NCBI RefSeq assembly: GCF_009834535.1 | Contig: NC_045696.1 | Location: forward strand, 47,866,001-47,930,000 | Direction of reading: 5' to 3' | Length of the DNA stretch: 64,000 nucleotides | Source of the DNA: Camelus ferus | Taxonomy: Eukaryota | In this document: positions 11,714 to 23,024 of the stretch, piece by piece | Layout: every line of letters begins with the position of its first letter | How positions within the stretch are numbered: position 1 is the stretch's first letter | The notes under the pieces: model-generated | Seen by the model: only the letters and a program-made list of their open reading frames with translations | What the model was told of the DNA's origin: nothing | The model's database searches: none | Translations under genes and position numbers: made by a program

Positions 11714-11984
11714 GGGAACTATAAGTGAGCTCTGAAAAGGCTTTAAAAAGTGAACCTGGGGGGAGGGTATAGCTAAAGGGGTAGAGCACATGCTTAGCAT
11801 ACACAAGGTCCTGGGTTCAATCCCCAGTACCTCCTCTAAAAGTAAATAAGTAAAAAAATTATCGAGTAAATAAGTAAACCTAATTATCTACCCCCACCCC
11901 CTCAAAAAAAAGAAAAAAAGGTGAATCTGGCAAAATTATTTATATTCAAACTAAACTTACCTTCTCGTAATCTGAGCAGTCCAT
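2437..11984 (-). CDS. DPPA2: Developmental pluripotency-associated protein 2 (spliced, 7 coding exons, 954 nt incl. stop, 317 aa; SAP-like domain plus C-terminal Dppa2/4 conserved region)
   Basis: Exons join(11961-11984, 8997-9147, 7397-7557, 7247-7300, 6415-6673, 4659-4854, 2437-2545) all have GT-AG boundaries and keep one frame. The peptides [66 protein letters not shown] and [32 protein letters not shown]...[20 protein letters not shown] match mammalian DPPA2. Confidence 0.96.
2869..3072 (+). repeat. (GGAA/GGGA)n polypurine low-complexity tract in the DPPA2 last intron
   Basis: About 200 nt of almost pure A/G. Confidence 0.95.
4564..4643. repeat. 40-bp tandem duplication (2 copies, 1 mismatch)
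   Basis: cacctagacatctac(t/c)tttctgtgtatcatacttagaaag x2. Confidence 0.95.
4659..4854 (-). CDS. DPPA2: DPPA2 coding exon 6 (C-terminal conserved region)
   Basis: Acceptor ttctctttccccggcccag, donor AG|gtaacc; 196 nt; encodes GVRWCVVHG...NMLCPECAK. Confidence 0.95.
6415..6673 (-). CDS. DPPA2: DPPA2 coding exon 5
   Basis: Acceptor ccatttgcag, donor G|gtaaga; 259 nt; encodes [12 protein letters not shown]...VETFLPQAA. Confidence 0.95.
6809..7160 (+). mobile_element. MER20-like hAT MITE interrupted by a SINE
   Basis: cagcagttctcaact...gtgggtagaggccagggat...gctgctaaacatcct...aattatttggcccaaaatgt...gttgaaaaacc. Confidence 0.7.
6932..7072 (+). mobile_element. tRNA-derived SINE (Vic-1-like)
   Basis: gggtatagttcagtggtaga (A box), gggttcaatcccc (B box), taattacctcc...A tail. 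Confidence 0.88.
7247..7300 (-). CDS. DPPA2: DPPA2 coding exon 4 ([18 protein letters not shown])
   Basis: Acceptor ttcccctag, donor CAG|gtgagt; 54 nt; completes the SAP-like domain. Confidence 0.94.
7397..7557 (-). CDS. DPPA2: DPPA2 coding exon 3 (start of SAP-like domain)
   Basis: Acceptor tttttttatcag, donor AAG|gtgagt; 161 nt; encodes [26 protein letters not shown]. Confidence 0.95.
8231..8645 (+). mobile_element. L1MA-like 3' end
   Basis: cttatatgtggaatctaaaaaa...aaagggtacaaattttcagttataagatgaataagttctggggatct...gtgaggtgatggatgtgttaatta. Confidence 0.85.
8997..9147 (-). CDS. DPPA2: DPPA2 coding exon 2 ([20 protein letters not shown]...STNDQ)
   Basis: Acceptor ctttcttttccag, donor CAAG|gtatga; 151 nt. 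Confidence 0.93.
9258..9346 (+). mobile_element. tRNA-derived SINE (Vic-1-like)
   Basis: gggtatag...gaggtcctgggttcaatctccagtacctcc plus A tail. Confidence 0.85.
10874..11353 (+). mobile_element. 5'-truncated L1 (artiodactyl-type 3' end) with TSD
   Basis: tcagccataaaaagg...caaggacctactgtatagcacagggaacta...aatcaactacagttcaat plus poly-A; flanked by taataatcc (10865-10873 and 11354-11362). Confidence 0.9.
11433..11505 (+). mobile_element. tRNA-derived SINE (Vic-1-like) whose tail is a microsatellite
   Basis: atagctccgtggtagagcgcatgcttagc...gggttccatctccagtacctcc. Confidence 0.8.
11505..11712 (+). repeat. (GAAA)n microsatellite, ~205 bp, compound
   Basis: Directly visible. Confidence 0.98.
11758..11920 (+). 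mobile_element. tRNA-derived SINE (Vic-1-like)
   Basis: ggggagggtatagcta...catgcttagcatacacaaggtcctgggttcaatccccagtacctcc...aaacctaatta...cccc plus A tail. Confidence 0.9.
11961..11984 (-). CDS. DPPA2: DPPA2 coding exon 1 (MDCSDYEK)
   Basis: taaATGGACTGCTCAGATTACGAGAAG|gtaagt. Perfect donor, phase 0, in frame with the next exon (NFFEE). Confidence 0.85.
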
Positions 11985-12070
11985 TTAGAGGAACTCAGAG
12001 AAAAGCAAAGCCAGCAACGTTAAGGATATCTGCAGTTCAGTCCTTTTTAACCTGAGGGTTTCTAGCACTC

Positions 12071-12078
12071 CTTTTATA
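12071..12078 (-). promoter_or_regulatory. Candidate TATA box of DPPA2 (TATAAAAG)
   Basis: Consensus TATAWAWR about 87 nt upstream of the ATG, with no strong splice acceptor between it and the ATG. Confidence 0.5.
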
Positions 12079-12939
12079 AGCAAATGTCTCCTTCTACTTC
12101 CTGTTTCCCAGAAGAGCTGTTTCCATCTTCCTCTTTTTCTCCTGCCTCTTAATCTGACAGTCTGATAATTTCATCAGTTTTTTATCTAGTCTTGTCTATT
12201 AGGTGAGAGTTAAATTATTGGGTAATTAATATCATTCTTAATTTTTAAAAAAATTTTGGTCTTTACTCCTTTAAGGCGAGACAGAAGAAAACTGAAAATG
12301 ACAAACAGTTGCTGACAAGTTACAAATGAATAAACAATATTTGTAAACAATATTGGTGATGAATGATGTTTTGTAGCAGGAACAGGAGATTTAGAGGTAT
12401 TTTATAGTTGATTTATACCGATGGGTGTGTCACTCACTGGGAGATTAGATTTAGATTGTAAGGGTTGGATAACATGATCTATCCTGGACCTAGTTCTAAA
12501 AACAAAATTTAAGCTTGCAATAATGGTGAGCTGAGTAGAACGGAAGGGTTTGGCTATTCAAAATAAGAACAGCAAGAGTCAAAACACTAAGGCAAGTGAT
12601 ACACTAATGAATGCAGGAGAAGAAACTGCAAGAACTTGGGGACTGCTTGAAGATAATGTTGGAGGCAGGATATAACAAGGCATGAGGCTGGAGAAGTCAC
12701 AGATGTTTTCATTGGTCACCCTAGGAGCCAGAATTACTAAAGGAAAATATTCACAAACAACATAGCAGCACTGGAATCCACTGGTCTCATAGTGGCCTTT
12801 CTCTGCCACTAGGAGAATAACCTCGTCCATCAGTCTCAGGACCCAGAGAGCCTGGGTGAGTTTAATTTAGTACTATATCATATTCAAAGTGCCAGGGAGT
12901 TTACTGAAGAGTTGATTGGAAAAATAAACTATGATAGTC

Positions 12940-13040
12940 CACCGCAGACCTTCAGAATCAGATCCTTGAGGGCAGGACCCAGGAATCTGTGCTTCAACAA
13001 GCCCTCAGGGTAGTTCTTCTGCACCTAAAATCTATCAACA
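12940..13040. mobile_element. MER5-like hAT fragment
   Basis: cagacc...gaatcaga...cccaggaatctgtgcttcaacaagccctcagg. Confidence 0.55.
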
Positions 13041-13349
13041 TTGATTAGATCAGGGTGTGACCAAATGGTTTTGGATTAGGCAGACTATGGCTGGAATCCT
13101 GGCTCCTCCCTTCCAGGAAAGAAACTGAATCTGTAGTGGAGATTCAACCCAGAAAGCACTCCTCTCCCAACTTGGGTGTGGCCCCACCTGACAAGTTTTT
13201 TTCTGGATGATTTAGAGAGGAGTTGACCTGGTAGCCTGAACTGATTCCAGTGCTTTAGGTTAGGATAGAATTTAAGTGGGAAGACCATTTGTTAGTTTCT
13301 TTTTAAAGCATTTATTATAATATAATTATTTTATTTATTTTCTTGGGTT

Positions 13350-14180
13350 TTTCCTCCTGCTTTTTGAAATTATTACATTACAGGAAAGTTCAAACATAAA
13401 AGTAGACAGTAATGTCACCAACCCTCACTGGAGCCATCCATCATCCAGCTTCAATAACTATTGACTCCCTGCCAGTCTGATTTCATCTAAATCACCATCT
13501 AGACCCCTCCCCTGGGTTATTTTGAAGGCAGTACCAGACCTCATACTTTTCACTTATAAATTCAGGGGGGAAAAGTCTTTCTCTAACTATAATCACAATA
13601 TCATTTTCATATCTAAAAATAATTTGAAATAATTATTTAATATTATCAAACTATTCAGCCTATCTAAATATCTAGCAGTATTTAAATATGCAATTGTCTC
13701 ATATACTTTCCCGCATTTTCTTGTTTTAACAATCTGTTGGAATCAGGATCTAGATAAGGGCTACACACTGTCATTAGATACATGCCTTAAGTTTTCTTTA
13801 ATCTGAATATTCTCCCTCTGTTTTTTATTTTCCTCACGAATTTTGTTGTTGTTGTTGTTTAAAGAATTATGTGAATTTCCTGTAGTTTTCTATCTGGATT
13901 TTGCTAATTTCATTTATTCCTCCATTTTAGGGTATTCTTTTGTCCTCTGTGTTTACTATAAAAGGGCTTGACCAGATTCAGCTCAGGGACTGATTTTTTT
14001 GTTGTTTTTTTTTTAACAAGAACACTTTCCTTTCTCTTCACTCATCTGACTCCTTTAAACTTATTTTTAATTGAAGTACATTTGACATGTAACATTGTGT
14101 AAACTTAAACTATACAACATATTATTTGATTCATTTGTATATCATAATACTATTGCCTTTGTAGCAATAATTAGCATTCT
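13350..14180 (-). mobile_element. Ancient L1 3' fragments (L1MC/ME-like plus a short L1MA end at ~14065-14180)
   Basis: catccagcttcaataactat...gggttattttgaa...gaatcaggatc...ctggattttgcta; also tttttaattgaagtacatttgacatgtaacattgtgtaa. Confidence 0.6.
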
Positions 14181-16599
14181 ATTACTCTTTAAGGTTAAAT
14201 GCCAATTTCCTGAAGGGACCCTAAAAGAGTTTGCTCTTGTTACTCTCACACGTTTCCTTCATATAATTCATTTAAATGTGTAAATCTGTATATATTTCCC
14301 ATTTTGCTTATTTAACTGCATCTCCCCTAACATACAGCAGACACCAGAGAGCAGTGGTCTACCTGGAGCATTGCACTGTGTCTGGCTCAGAACAGAGACT
14401 AGATCAATGCTAGTGCTTCATACTGCATCAGCTTCCACTTTTCCCCTTCATGACACCAATCCCCTTTTGTGCTGCTGCTCTAAAGAATACGGTGAACACT
14501 GATAACAGACTGACCTGACTCTCCTACCAGACTGTGACACTTTGAAGTTCTCAGACTCATCTTTATTCTCCCCATGCTCAGCTCAGTGCCTGGGCAGAGA
14601 AAACTCTTAATTAGGTGCAACAAAGGACTTTTAAATCATGTTGAACCAACTTCAGTTTCAGGCTCAGTATATACCTCAAAACTCAAAAGCAGCCACTAAT
14701 GGATGCTAAGCTATAAAAAATAACCTAGACTGTAAGGTACAGATTTTAAAAAGAAAGAAAAAATTGTTTATGAATATTAGCATCCTAATATTTATTCCAA
14801 TAATAGACAATGGTTCTGAAATAAAAATGAATTACCTATTTCAAGTGTATTTTATTTACTATATGGTAAATTAAATATTTAAATGCGTGTGTTTCTTGTT
14901 TAGATAAGTGCTTTTCAAAAGCTTTTTTTTTAATGAGAGAAACATGCTCTATAATAGTAAATGTTTGTGGAGCACTAATACAAATCATAAAAGTGGAGCA
15001 ACTCTGATTGAAAATTAAAAGCCCATAAGACATCCCACAGAACCCTAACTTTCTGAGAAACAGTTTAGAAATTCTGGTTCACTATCTTTACCAAGTGGAA
15101 GGAACAGCTACTGAGTTCTTCAGTTTTCTGAGTAGAAAATGAAAGTTGCACTCTGAAAAATGTTCTCAAGTTTGCCATGTCCTTCATTTCAAGAAATTCC
15201 CACTTTCAAGGACTATTGAAAATTCATTTCTACTTTAAAGCAGTGGTTACAGATCTTCACCTTCTGATTGAGAATAAATGAGCATTTTTGCTTTTTTTCT
15301 TTTGAGAAAATAACTTCTGTATCATGAAGCAACAGTCATGACTAGGAGAATCTTAAATTCAGAATCCAGATCAGTAGGGTCTCTCCTCTGTTCTGTATAA
15401 ATCAGAGCAGGTGGTTAGGACAGAGCACAGTGTCCGGGGAAATAAGACAGGGAGAGCAACTTTTGATGAATGGACAAGGATTTGATTTGGCTGTAGATTC
15501 TCCAATAATAGTTGCAAATTTAGGTTTAACTCCACCAGCAATTACCCTTGGCAAGTCAAACCAAGTTTTTTTCCTATCCTCCTCTTTCCATATTAAATCC
15601 ATACTGCATTTTCAAGATCTGTTTCCTTTGAGACAGATGGAGTGCATGTGAAACATGTTGGAGCTGGAAAGCTCAATTCACGTTGTCCTCTTGAAGTGGC
15701 TGCCAATTGGTGCGAAGAAATTTTGGACTCCTGAGCAATTGCCACTATATGAGGACTGTGAATGACAAAGGATGGGGACCCAGGCCAAGCAAAGCAAACT
15801 AAAGTCACTCCCTCCTAAGTCCCTAGAAGTCACTCACTTTCTGAATTTTCTACCTCTCACTCTTTACAAGTTCTACCTAACTAGCACACAAACATTTTTT
15901 AGCTCGTCCCACTTAAAACAAAACACACATCTCTTTTGACGCTATCATTTTACTTAACTACTGCTCTCTCCCTTCTTTGACTGTTCAAATTTTTTAACAT
16001 AACTTCTTACTCTATCTAGTTCCTTTCCATCCTGGTCTCATGGTTTTTCTGGCTTCTCTTCCCCACCTAACTCCTAAAACACTGCTGTCCCATGGGGTTC
16101 ATTTCTCTGCCCTTGACCATGCTTCATGCTTTCCTAGAGCAGCCTCACCCATTTTTCCAAATTCAACTTCCACCTACATGCTGACTCCCATATATGTATT
16201 TCTAGCCCAATTTTTTGTCTGCATTATTGACCCAAGTTTTGGAGTATCCTGCATACACTTCAAACATATTAGAAAACTAAACTCAGTGTCATTGCTATCA
16301 ACTTTTCACCTTCTCTATTCCTTCTCTTTTGAGATGTATTATTATCCATCTAGTAATCTAAAGGCAGGAACATAGCAACTACTTACGAGACTCCTTCTCC
16401 TTACACTCCAATAGGTCAAAGTCCTACAGGTCAAACATGTACACATCTTGCTTGATTTTGTCTCTCCTGTGATTCTGCTGCCATTGCCTTATTTATTGGC
16501 TCGAGCATCTCTAATCAGTTGTTGAAATCTCTCACTGACCATATTACCTCCCAGCCGACCCATTCTTGATGCTACAAAATACTGATTATATGCTACCTC

Positions 16600-18888
16600 A
16601 AGCCGAGTCATGACTAGGGGAAAGTAGGATCTATGCACAGCAGGGTGGAATAGGAACCAGTTCCAGGGGTGGCCTTCCCACTATGGTAGCTCTTATCCCA
16701 CAGGCCAAGGACCCAATGTGGGGTTACTTCAACTGTCAAGTATATCAACTCCAATGGTACATTCAGAGATTGGGACAATCATCCCTGGGTTTGTTCATAA
16801 AACCAGTGGGCCTCCTTTAGCTAGGTCTCCAGTTATAATTGGACTCCTTTATGCCTCCAATCTAACAAAAAGGGGAGCATGGTGACAATCTGAGCACCAA
16901 AGTCAATTCATACCCTGTGTCCAATAGTCCTCAAAATGTCTCATTTCTCTTTTCCAGTGTAGTCACATGGTTAACTGGCTGTTTCCCTTTGAAGGAAGGA
17001 CTGGGGGAATCAGTATAAGGAATACTTGTTGTGGTGTTTATAGAGTCCTTCTTGCCAAGAAGCCAGCCATCTCACTACCTAGTGGGTTCTGGATCTGGAA
17101 GTCAGCTCAGGTCTGAGAGCTGAGTAAAAGACTGTGACTTCTTACTAGAGTGCTCTCAGCCTCCTGCTCCTCCATTCTTGACTTCTGACTGTAGATGTTA
17201 AGGCGCATCCTTTTCCACAATAGTTACATGTATCAAATCATTATGTTGTACACTTTAAACTTGTACAATGTCATATGTCAATTTTATCTCAGTAAAACTA
17301 GGAAAAATTAGAAGTGTTTACTTTCCAAAATTGAAAAAAAAAAAAGAAAAAAAGAATAGAAGCACCCTTGCTGGCTGCCCGTCTACTTCACCCCTAGGGA
17401 CGCCATGCTCTGTTAGCCATCTCCACAGCCCCCTGTGAATCAAGCCCCCTTGGCTGCCCTCCAGCCCTCCTGGCCCTTGCAGCCTGCTGGTTTCTGCTGG
17501 TTAAATGCCACCATCTGACTCGTTTACTTCAGGGACCATCATCCCCAGAATGACACTAATAAGCCCAGTTCCACGACTGCCTCACCTACCATCAGCCTTG
17601 TCTTCAGAGGACCACTGACCTTCTCAGCATTCCTGGCACCCCTTCTGCAGCATGTTTCTGATGGCCTCGGTGGACGCTGGGGAATACCTCTGGTGGGTGT
17701 CCGGAGTCACAGAACTTGTTCATCTTTGCAGGCCCACGTTCATCGGCCTCTTTGCTCCTTCCTCTGTCCTCTGCCAGGGCAGCTTGGGCATTTACACTTT
17801 GCTCAGTGCTGGCTGTCACTTTCCCCAGACCTCTCAGAAGCATCCTAGCTGTGAATTTGTCCCATCTCCTAGGATCCTTGCTAGAATCTTAAGTCCTGAA
17901 AAAGGAGTAATTGTCCCCCAAGACTATAAATTCTTGCTTATCTAGTGTTGTATTCCAGCCCTTTTGATCAATTGCTTTCAAAATGTAACCCAAGAATTAC
18001 TCCCCTAACTCCTGCCAGTACATTGGCTAATGTCTGTAGATTCTTTGGTGTATATTCTCTTTCCTGCCTTGCCAGGCTCATCGCTCCCTTAGCTGGGTTT
18101 TGAGAATTTAATTCTCAGTTATTGGCCTACTAGCTGGGAGAGGAGTTTGGAGAATTTTTGAAGGGAGCACCTGTTATTGTTACCTTTGATGGGGAGGGAC
18201 CTGTGCAGCATCCTCCAGCGTACAAGTAGTGTTTGCTCTTACTAGGGAACTGAGGACCAACTCTGCAAAGTCTGAGAACTCATAGGGCTCTACAGAACTG
18301 ACACTCCCAGGGACACCCACTCCAATATCTCTGCCTGATCTTTCAGGGTCTGAGATTTTTCCCAGTCAGGCTGCTGACTTTAGCATAACAGACCTGCCTT
18401 TGCTAAAATTGTAAGTCTCTGTATCTCTCCAACTTTAGCTATTAGAGCTTTTGTCTGCTGTTCAGCTGTGTCTGTTCACCTAACAACAGGAGGAATGGGC
18501 CTCTGTAATTTACTAGGGGCCCTTTGGCGTGCACATACATCTCATATTTAGTCTTCCAATACGTGTTAATGGCCTTCAGCTTCTCATTATCCCATTGATG
18601 GACATTAATATGACTTACCAATACCCAGTCAACTCCACTATCTTTATAGGCCCTTTACATCTACATTTTCCAAATGTCTGAATTATTGCACTTGCAAGGG
18701 CATTCCCCAGCGGGACATTTTTCCAGGTTACCTCCAGTGAAATCTTCAGCAGTTGGACCACTATCACGTCCCTATGTTTCTGACATAGCACTTGGAATGC
18801 GGTCCTTTTGTGTTCACCAGCAGTTCAATGAGCCAGTTCCCGAATCTCATCTTATCATCTGTTTTCTCCTAACTACTCCTGGCACAAT
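16600..18888 (-). mobile_element. Degenerate ERVL-class internal region
   Basis: Adjoins the LTR at 18889 through a PBS-like tgtgccaggagtag (ERVL tggtaccaggagtgg-like). gag-like remnants, no intact ORF; interrupted by an L1 tail at ~17220-17355. Confidence 0.6.
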
Positions 18889-19310
18889 ATGTATTTGTTC
18901 ATGTCTTCCAAGAAGCTGATGCCAAGCAGGGATTAGGTGTGCAAGAGATTTGCTGTAGAAAACAATTGGGAAGGAAAATAAGAAGAGAGCTGGGAGGCTG
19001 GGAGAGCTGTCAGACCATGATGAAGCTCTGACCCCTGTGCAGGATTGGGAAGGGAGTCTGAGTAGGAAGAGTCTTGAACTGCAGTGCAGTTCTAAGAAAG
19101 TTTCAGCAAGGCTGATAAGGAGTCCTTGAGTCTAAGCCACAAGCATGACCTTGCTTTAGAATCCCTGATACACTCAGTGGCTAGGAATAGCAGCTGGGAG
19201 TTACAGCACAGCCATGAGCCTCATAGCAGTGGAGTTAAAGATGGGGCCACTGACCCATCACTCTCTCTGCAGTACAGAGCTGAAAGGCATATTTGCGTGA
19301 TCACCACACC
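18889..19310 (-). mobile_element. Ancient ERVL LTR (LTR16/LTR33-like), probable 5' LTR
   Basis: ccaagaagctgatgccaag...gattaggtgtgcaagagattt...ggctgggagagctgtcagaccatgatg...tgcagtgcagttctaaga. Confidence 0.7.
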
Positions 19311-21239
19311 GTAATGCTATACATCCTTGGATTGACTGCCTTGAAGAAAGGGAAGAGAAATAGGATATACTCGGGGTGGGGCACTCTTCGTCTGAGCACA
19401 TCAACACTTTATACTTCCCTCTAAAATTATAATTAGACTCGATGGGAAAAGAACAGGACCAAATCACTTGACTTAGAAATCAGTTCAGGAATGAACATTG
19501 ACATCTGCCAATAGAAAGTTTGTTATGGCAAATGGAGAGATGCTTTACAGAAAACCATTTTCAACCTATGGACTGTTAAATGGTAAATGGCTTGTTCAGT
19601 TACTTCCTTTCTAGTTGCAGCTAGTTAAAACTGAGCTTCTTACTTACAGTGCTGACTATTATCAGCCTTACTAGAGACTTTCTGGGTCCAGGACTCACAC
19701 GTGGCAGCAACAGTAGCTAGGGCGACTGCTAGCTATCACAGGGGTTGTCAGGTCTGGACCCTTTCCTTGAATGTAGCATAGCTGTACAGTCCCTTGGTCT
19801 GAGTTACTTATCACAAAACTTTAAGCCTTGTCCAGGTAATGGTGATCACTCCCATCTCCTCTCTTTTAGGTCTGTGCTGAGGCATTGCTGAACTGGCTAA
19901 AAATCAGGTCTTTCTCTCTCTCACTTTTTTTCTTTTCTTTCATTTTTTTTTTTTTTTTTTAGTTTTTGGTTTTAGTTGAGGTATACATATATATATTTTT
20001 TTCCTTCCAGTTTTACTGAGATAATATCAGCTGTCTTCTCCAGTGCGACAATTTCTGGACCATTTCTGCTGAGGTAAGCATATTCTGCAAACAGGTCTCT
20101 TGATCAGTGTCCAAAAGTGAGGGTACCACTACCATTTAAAAAAAAAAAAGAATGTTAGTTATTTCAGTAGTTCAAAATGGAGTATAGAGAGAGGGATATA
20201 TGGAAATAGAGACCAAGAATAATGTCTTCCCCTTCTTTATCTCTCTGCTTTCTCTGTCCTTGCTTCATACCAAAATTAGGCAAAATGATTATATGTAAGA
20301 ATTATGACTTTACATAATTACTGCCTCCCTAATAAGTGATTTTTTAAAATATGCATGTTTACACAGTCTCTCATAAATTGCTTTTTGTTTCTGTAGAAAA
20401 TAAGAGGGAAATAAAAGTTAATAAAAGGATGCAGAACAAATTCCGAGCAGCACAAATTCCCAATTTACTAACCTTGCTATCAGTACTCAAATTATGTTAT
20501 TGGCACCCTCTACATAAAGTGTCTCAAGCTAGCCCATTTATAAGAGGCAGACTGGTCGGCAAGGGAAGTATTCTATTTGGGGCAACTTAACATTGAAGAA
20601 CAGAAGCTAAGACAGAATTTAATAAAACAGTCATAAATAGCATTTGCATAGACCTTCAATTTATGAAGTATATTATATATAGTGTCTCATTAGTTCTTAT
20701 AATCCTGTCAGATAAATATTATTACTATTGCTATTTAAGTAACAGATGCTGAATATCAATCAGCAACTAAGATAGCAGAGCTGGTCTCAAACTTAGATTG
20801 TAGACTTCTTACTTCCTTAATCTTTGCAGGTCATTAACACTTTACCCAACATGCATGTGTGCTATCTTTTTCTTTTTTATAGCCTCCACCCACAGGTCAG
20901 ATCATTACATTAGATTGTAGTTGAGATATGTTAACCATCTAGGGAAATGAAGTTTTAGAATTTAACAGAGTTGACCACTATTTTCATTTTACAATACCCT
21001 CCATACTACATACAAATCACCTGCATTCCGTTACTGCCTTCTACTTGTCAGAACTCCTTACACACTCCTGCATTCTAATTAAGGCTAGGTATTTTCTCAC
21101 AGATGAACATACTTAAATGTATTCTTCTTTCAAAATATAGCTATCCCTAACACATTATAAAACAATAACAAATATCATTTTTTTGAGTTATTCTATCCTG
21201 TTGTCCCTGCAATATACTACTTTTCCCATTCCTCATTGG

Positions 21240-21725
21240 CCCAGAAGATTCACCAAAATCCTTGTAGGATTTTTGTTGCAAAAAGTGACAAGCTGAATCT
21301 AAATTAATAAGAAAACAAACAATTTAACAACAAAAAAGGGAAAAATACTTTGCTGCTTCATCAAGAAGCTGTATGGAGGGTAAACTAATACAATTAAGAT
21401 ACCACAATACACCTATTAGAATAGCTAAAATTTAAAAGTCTGATCATATCAAGTGTTGATGAAGATACAAAGCAAGTGGATATCATTTGTTTCTGGTGAG
21501 ACTACAGTATGTCACAACCATTTTAGAAAACAGTGCGGGAGTTTCTTATAAAGCTAAACGGATACTTAGCATTTAATTCGGCAATCTTCTTCCTTGGATA
21601 TTTACCCCCAAATGAGTGAAACTTGAATGTTCACACACAAAAAAACTATATATGCAGGTTTATAAAGGGCTTATTTATAATCACCAAAACCAAGAAATTA
21701 CCAAATATCTTTCAACTGATGAACG
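21240..21725 (+). mobile_element. Ancient L1 ORF2/3' fragment
   Basis: cacctattagaatagctaaaatt...gaaaacagtgcgggagtttcttataaag...gttcacacacaaaaaaac. Confidence 0.75.
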
Positions 21726-21879
21726 ATGTAGGAGCAAAAAACTCTTCCATGTACTTTGGCTGGTCTCATAATTATATTGACATCAGACAGATTAACAGAA
21801 GAAAACCAAATTTTGTATGTGTGGGAGCCCCATTAAAATATACTGCTCCCTGTCAGTCAGGTAATTAAGGCTTATGTAC

Positions 21880-22330
21880 CACCCACCAGAGTCTAACCCG
21901 CCAACCTCTCTTGCTAGGCGTAAATACCTGCTTAACCGGTCTTCTCTAGCACACACCCTCTTCCCTCTCACCCTTTCTCCATACTGCAGGCAAATAATCT
22001 TTGAAAAATGCAAATCTGATATTTCAGCCCAGCCCCTTGAACTCCTAAATGGCTTCCCTGTATTTTTTAAGATAAAGAGAAAGCAAAGGCTTTCTCTTGT
22101 CTGGGCTTCCATTCCTTTCCAGTCTCATCCAATATCTATGTTCCCTGGTTCTGAACTCCCAACACACTGGCCTTTTAGTTTTGTTACCCATCTCAGGAGC
22201 CTCCCAGACCCTTTCAACCAGCTGGAATGTCCTTTTTTTTTTTCAATTTAACTCTTACTTGCCCTAGATTCTGATGTCAGCTCAAAACTCTTTCTCAGAG
22301 AAAACCATCCCTTAGGTGATGGACTCAGAA
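21880..22330. mobile_element. L2 fragment
   Basis: aaaatgcaaatctgat...aaatggcttccc...gctggaatgtcct...cagctcaaa. Confidence 0.6.
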
Positions 22331-22616
22331 ATGAGAAGTAACACCTTTTGGAGTGATTTACTTCCTCCAGGCCATTCAATTCTAGGCATTCCTGGCCACG
22401 AACAAAAGATGACTTCAAGCTAATTCTTCTAAGGTCCATTTTCTTCATTTTGTCTCTTACGTTTCCCCCTCACTACTGGAAGTTCTTTCTCTTCTTATCT
22501 TTCAAAAACTGCCAGTTTACAGCTATATCCTTCAGGTAATGGTGATTGAAATGTTGGGCAATTACTGCTGTTCTTATGACCTTTGGCCTCCATGGTCTAA
22601 AACAGGAGGGTGAAGG

Positions 22617-22706
22617 TGGGTGGGTAGAGCTCAGTAATAGGGCATGCTTAGCATACAAGAGGACCTGCTTTCAATCCTCAGTACCTCCATTAAAAACAAA
22701 AAAACA
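22617..22706 (+). mobile_element. tRNA-derived SINE (Vic-1-like)
   Basis: agctcagtaatagggcatgcttagcatac...ttcaatcctcagtacctcca plus A tail. Confidence 0.8.
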
Positions 22707-23024
22707 GGAGGGTGGGGCATGGGGTGGGGACACAGTTCCTGCTAAGCAATTTAAACAGAATTTACTAGAGAACTTCTAAAATAGTATTTTGGAGGGAATT
22801 AAACATGACATTTAAGGAGGAAATAGAAAATAGAATGCCGGGTGCTTAACACAACAGAGAAACTTTTTCTTTCTAAGAGGTAACTCACAGAAATTTTCCT
22901 GGAGAATATTGAGTAAAATTAGATAGTATTTAGTAATAAATTAGATAGGACAGAAGTTGATGTTTTAATGTTGATTCCTAAATAAACTGCGATCCATCTC
23001 CTTTTATAATTCACTTCAAATCTT

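Noticed and set aside
11468..11806. ORFs of 84-112 aa with KERK/FFLS repeats
   Set aside because: They are translations of the (GAAA)n microsatellite and SINEs.
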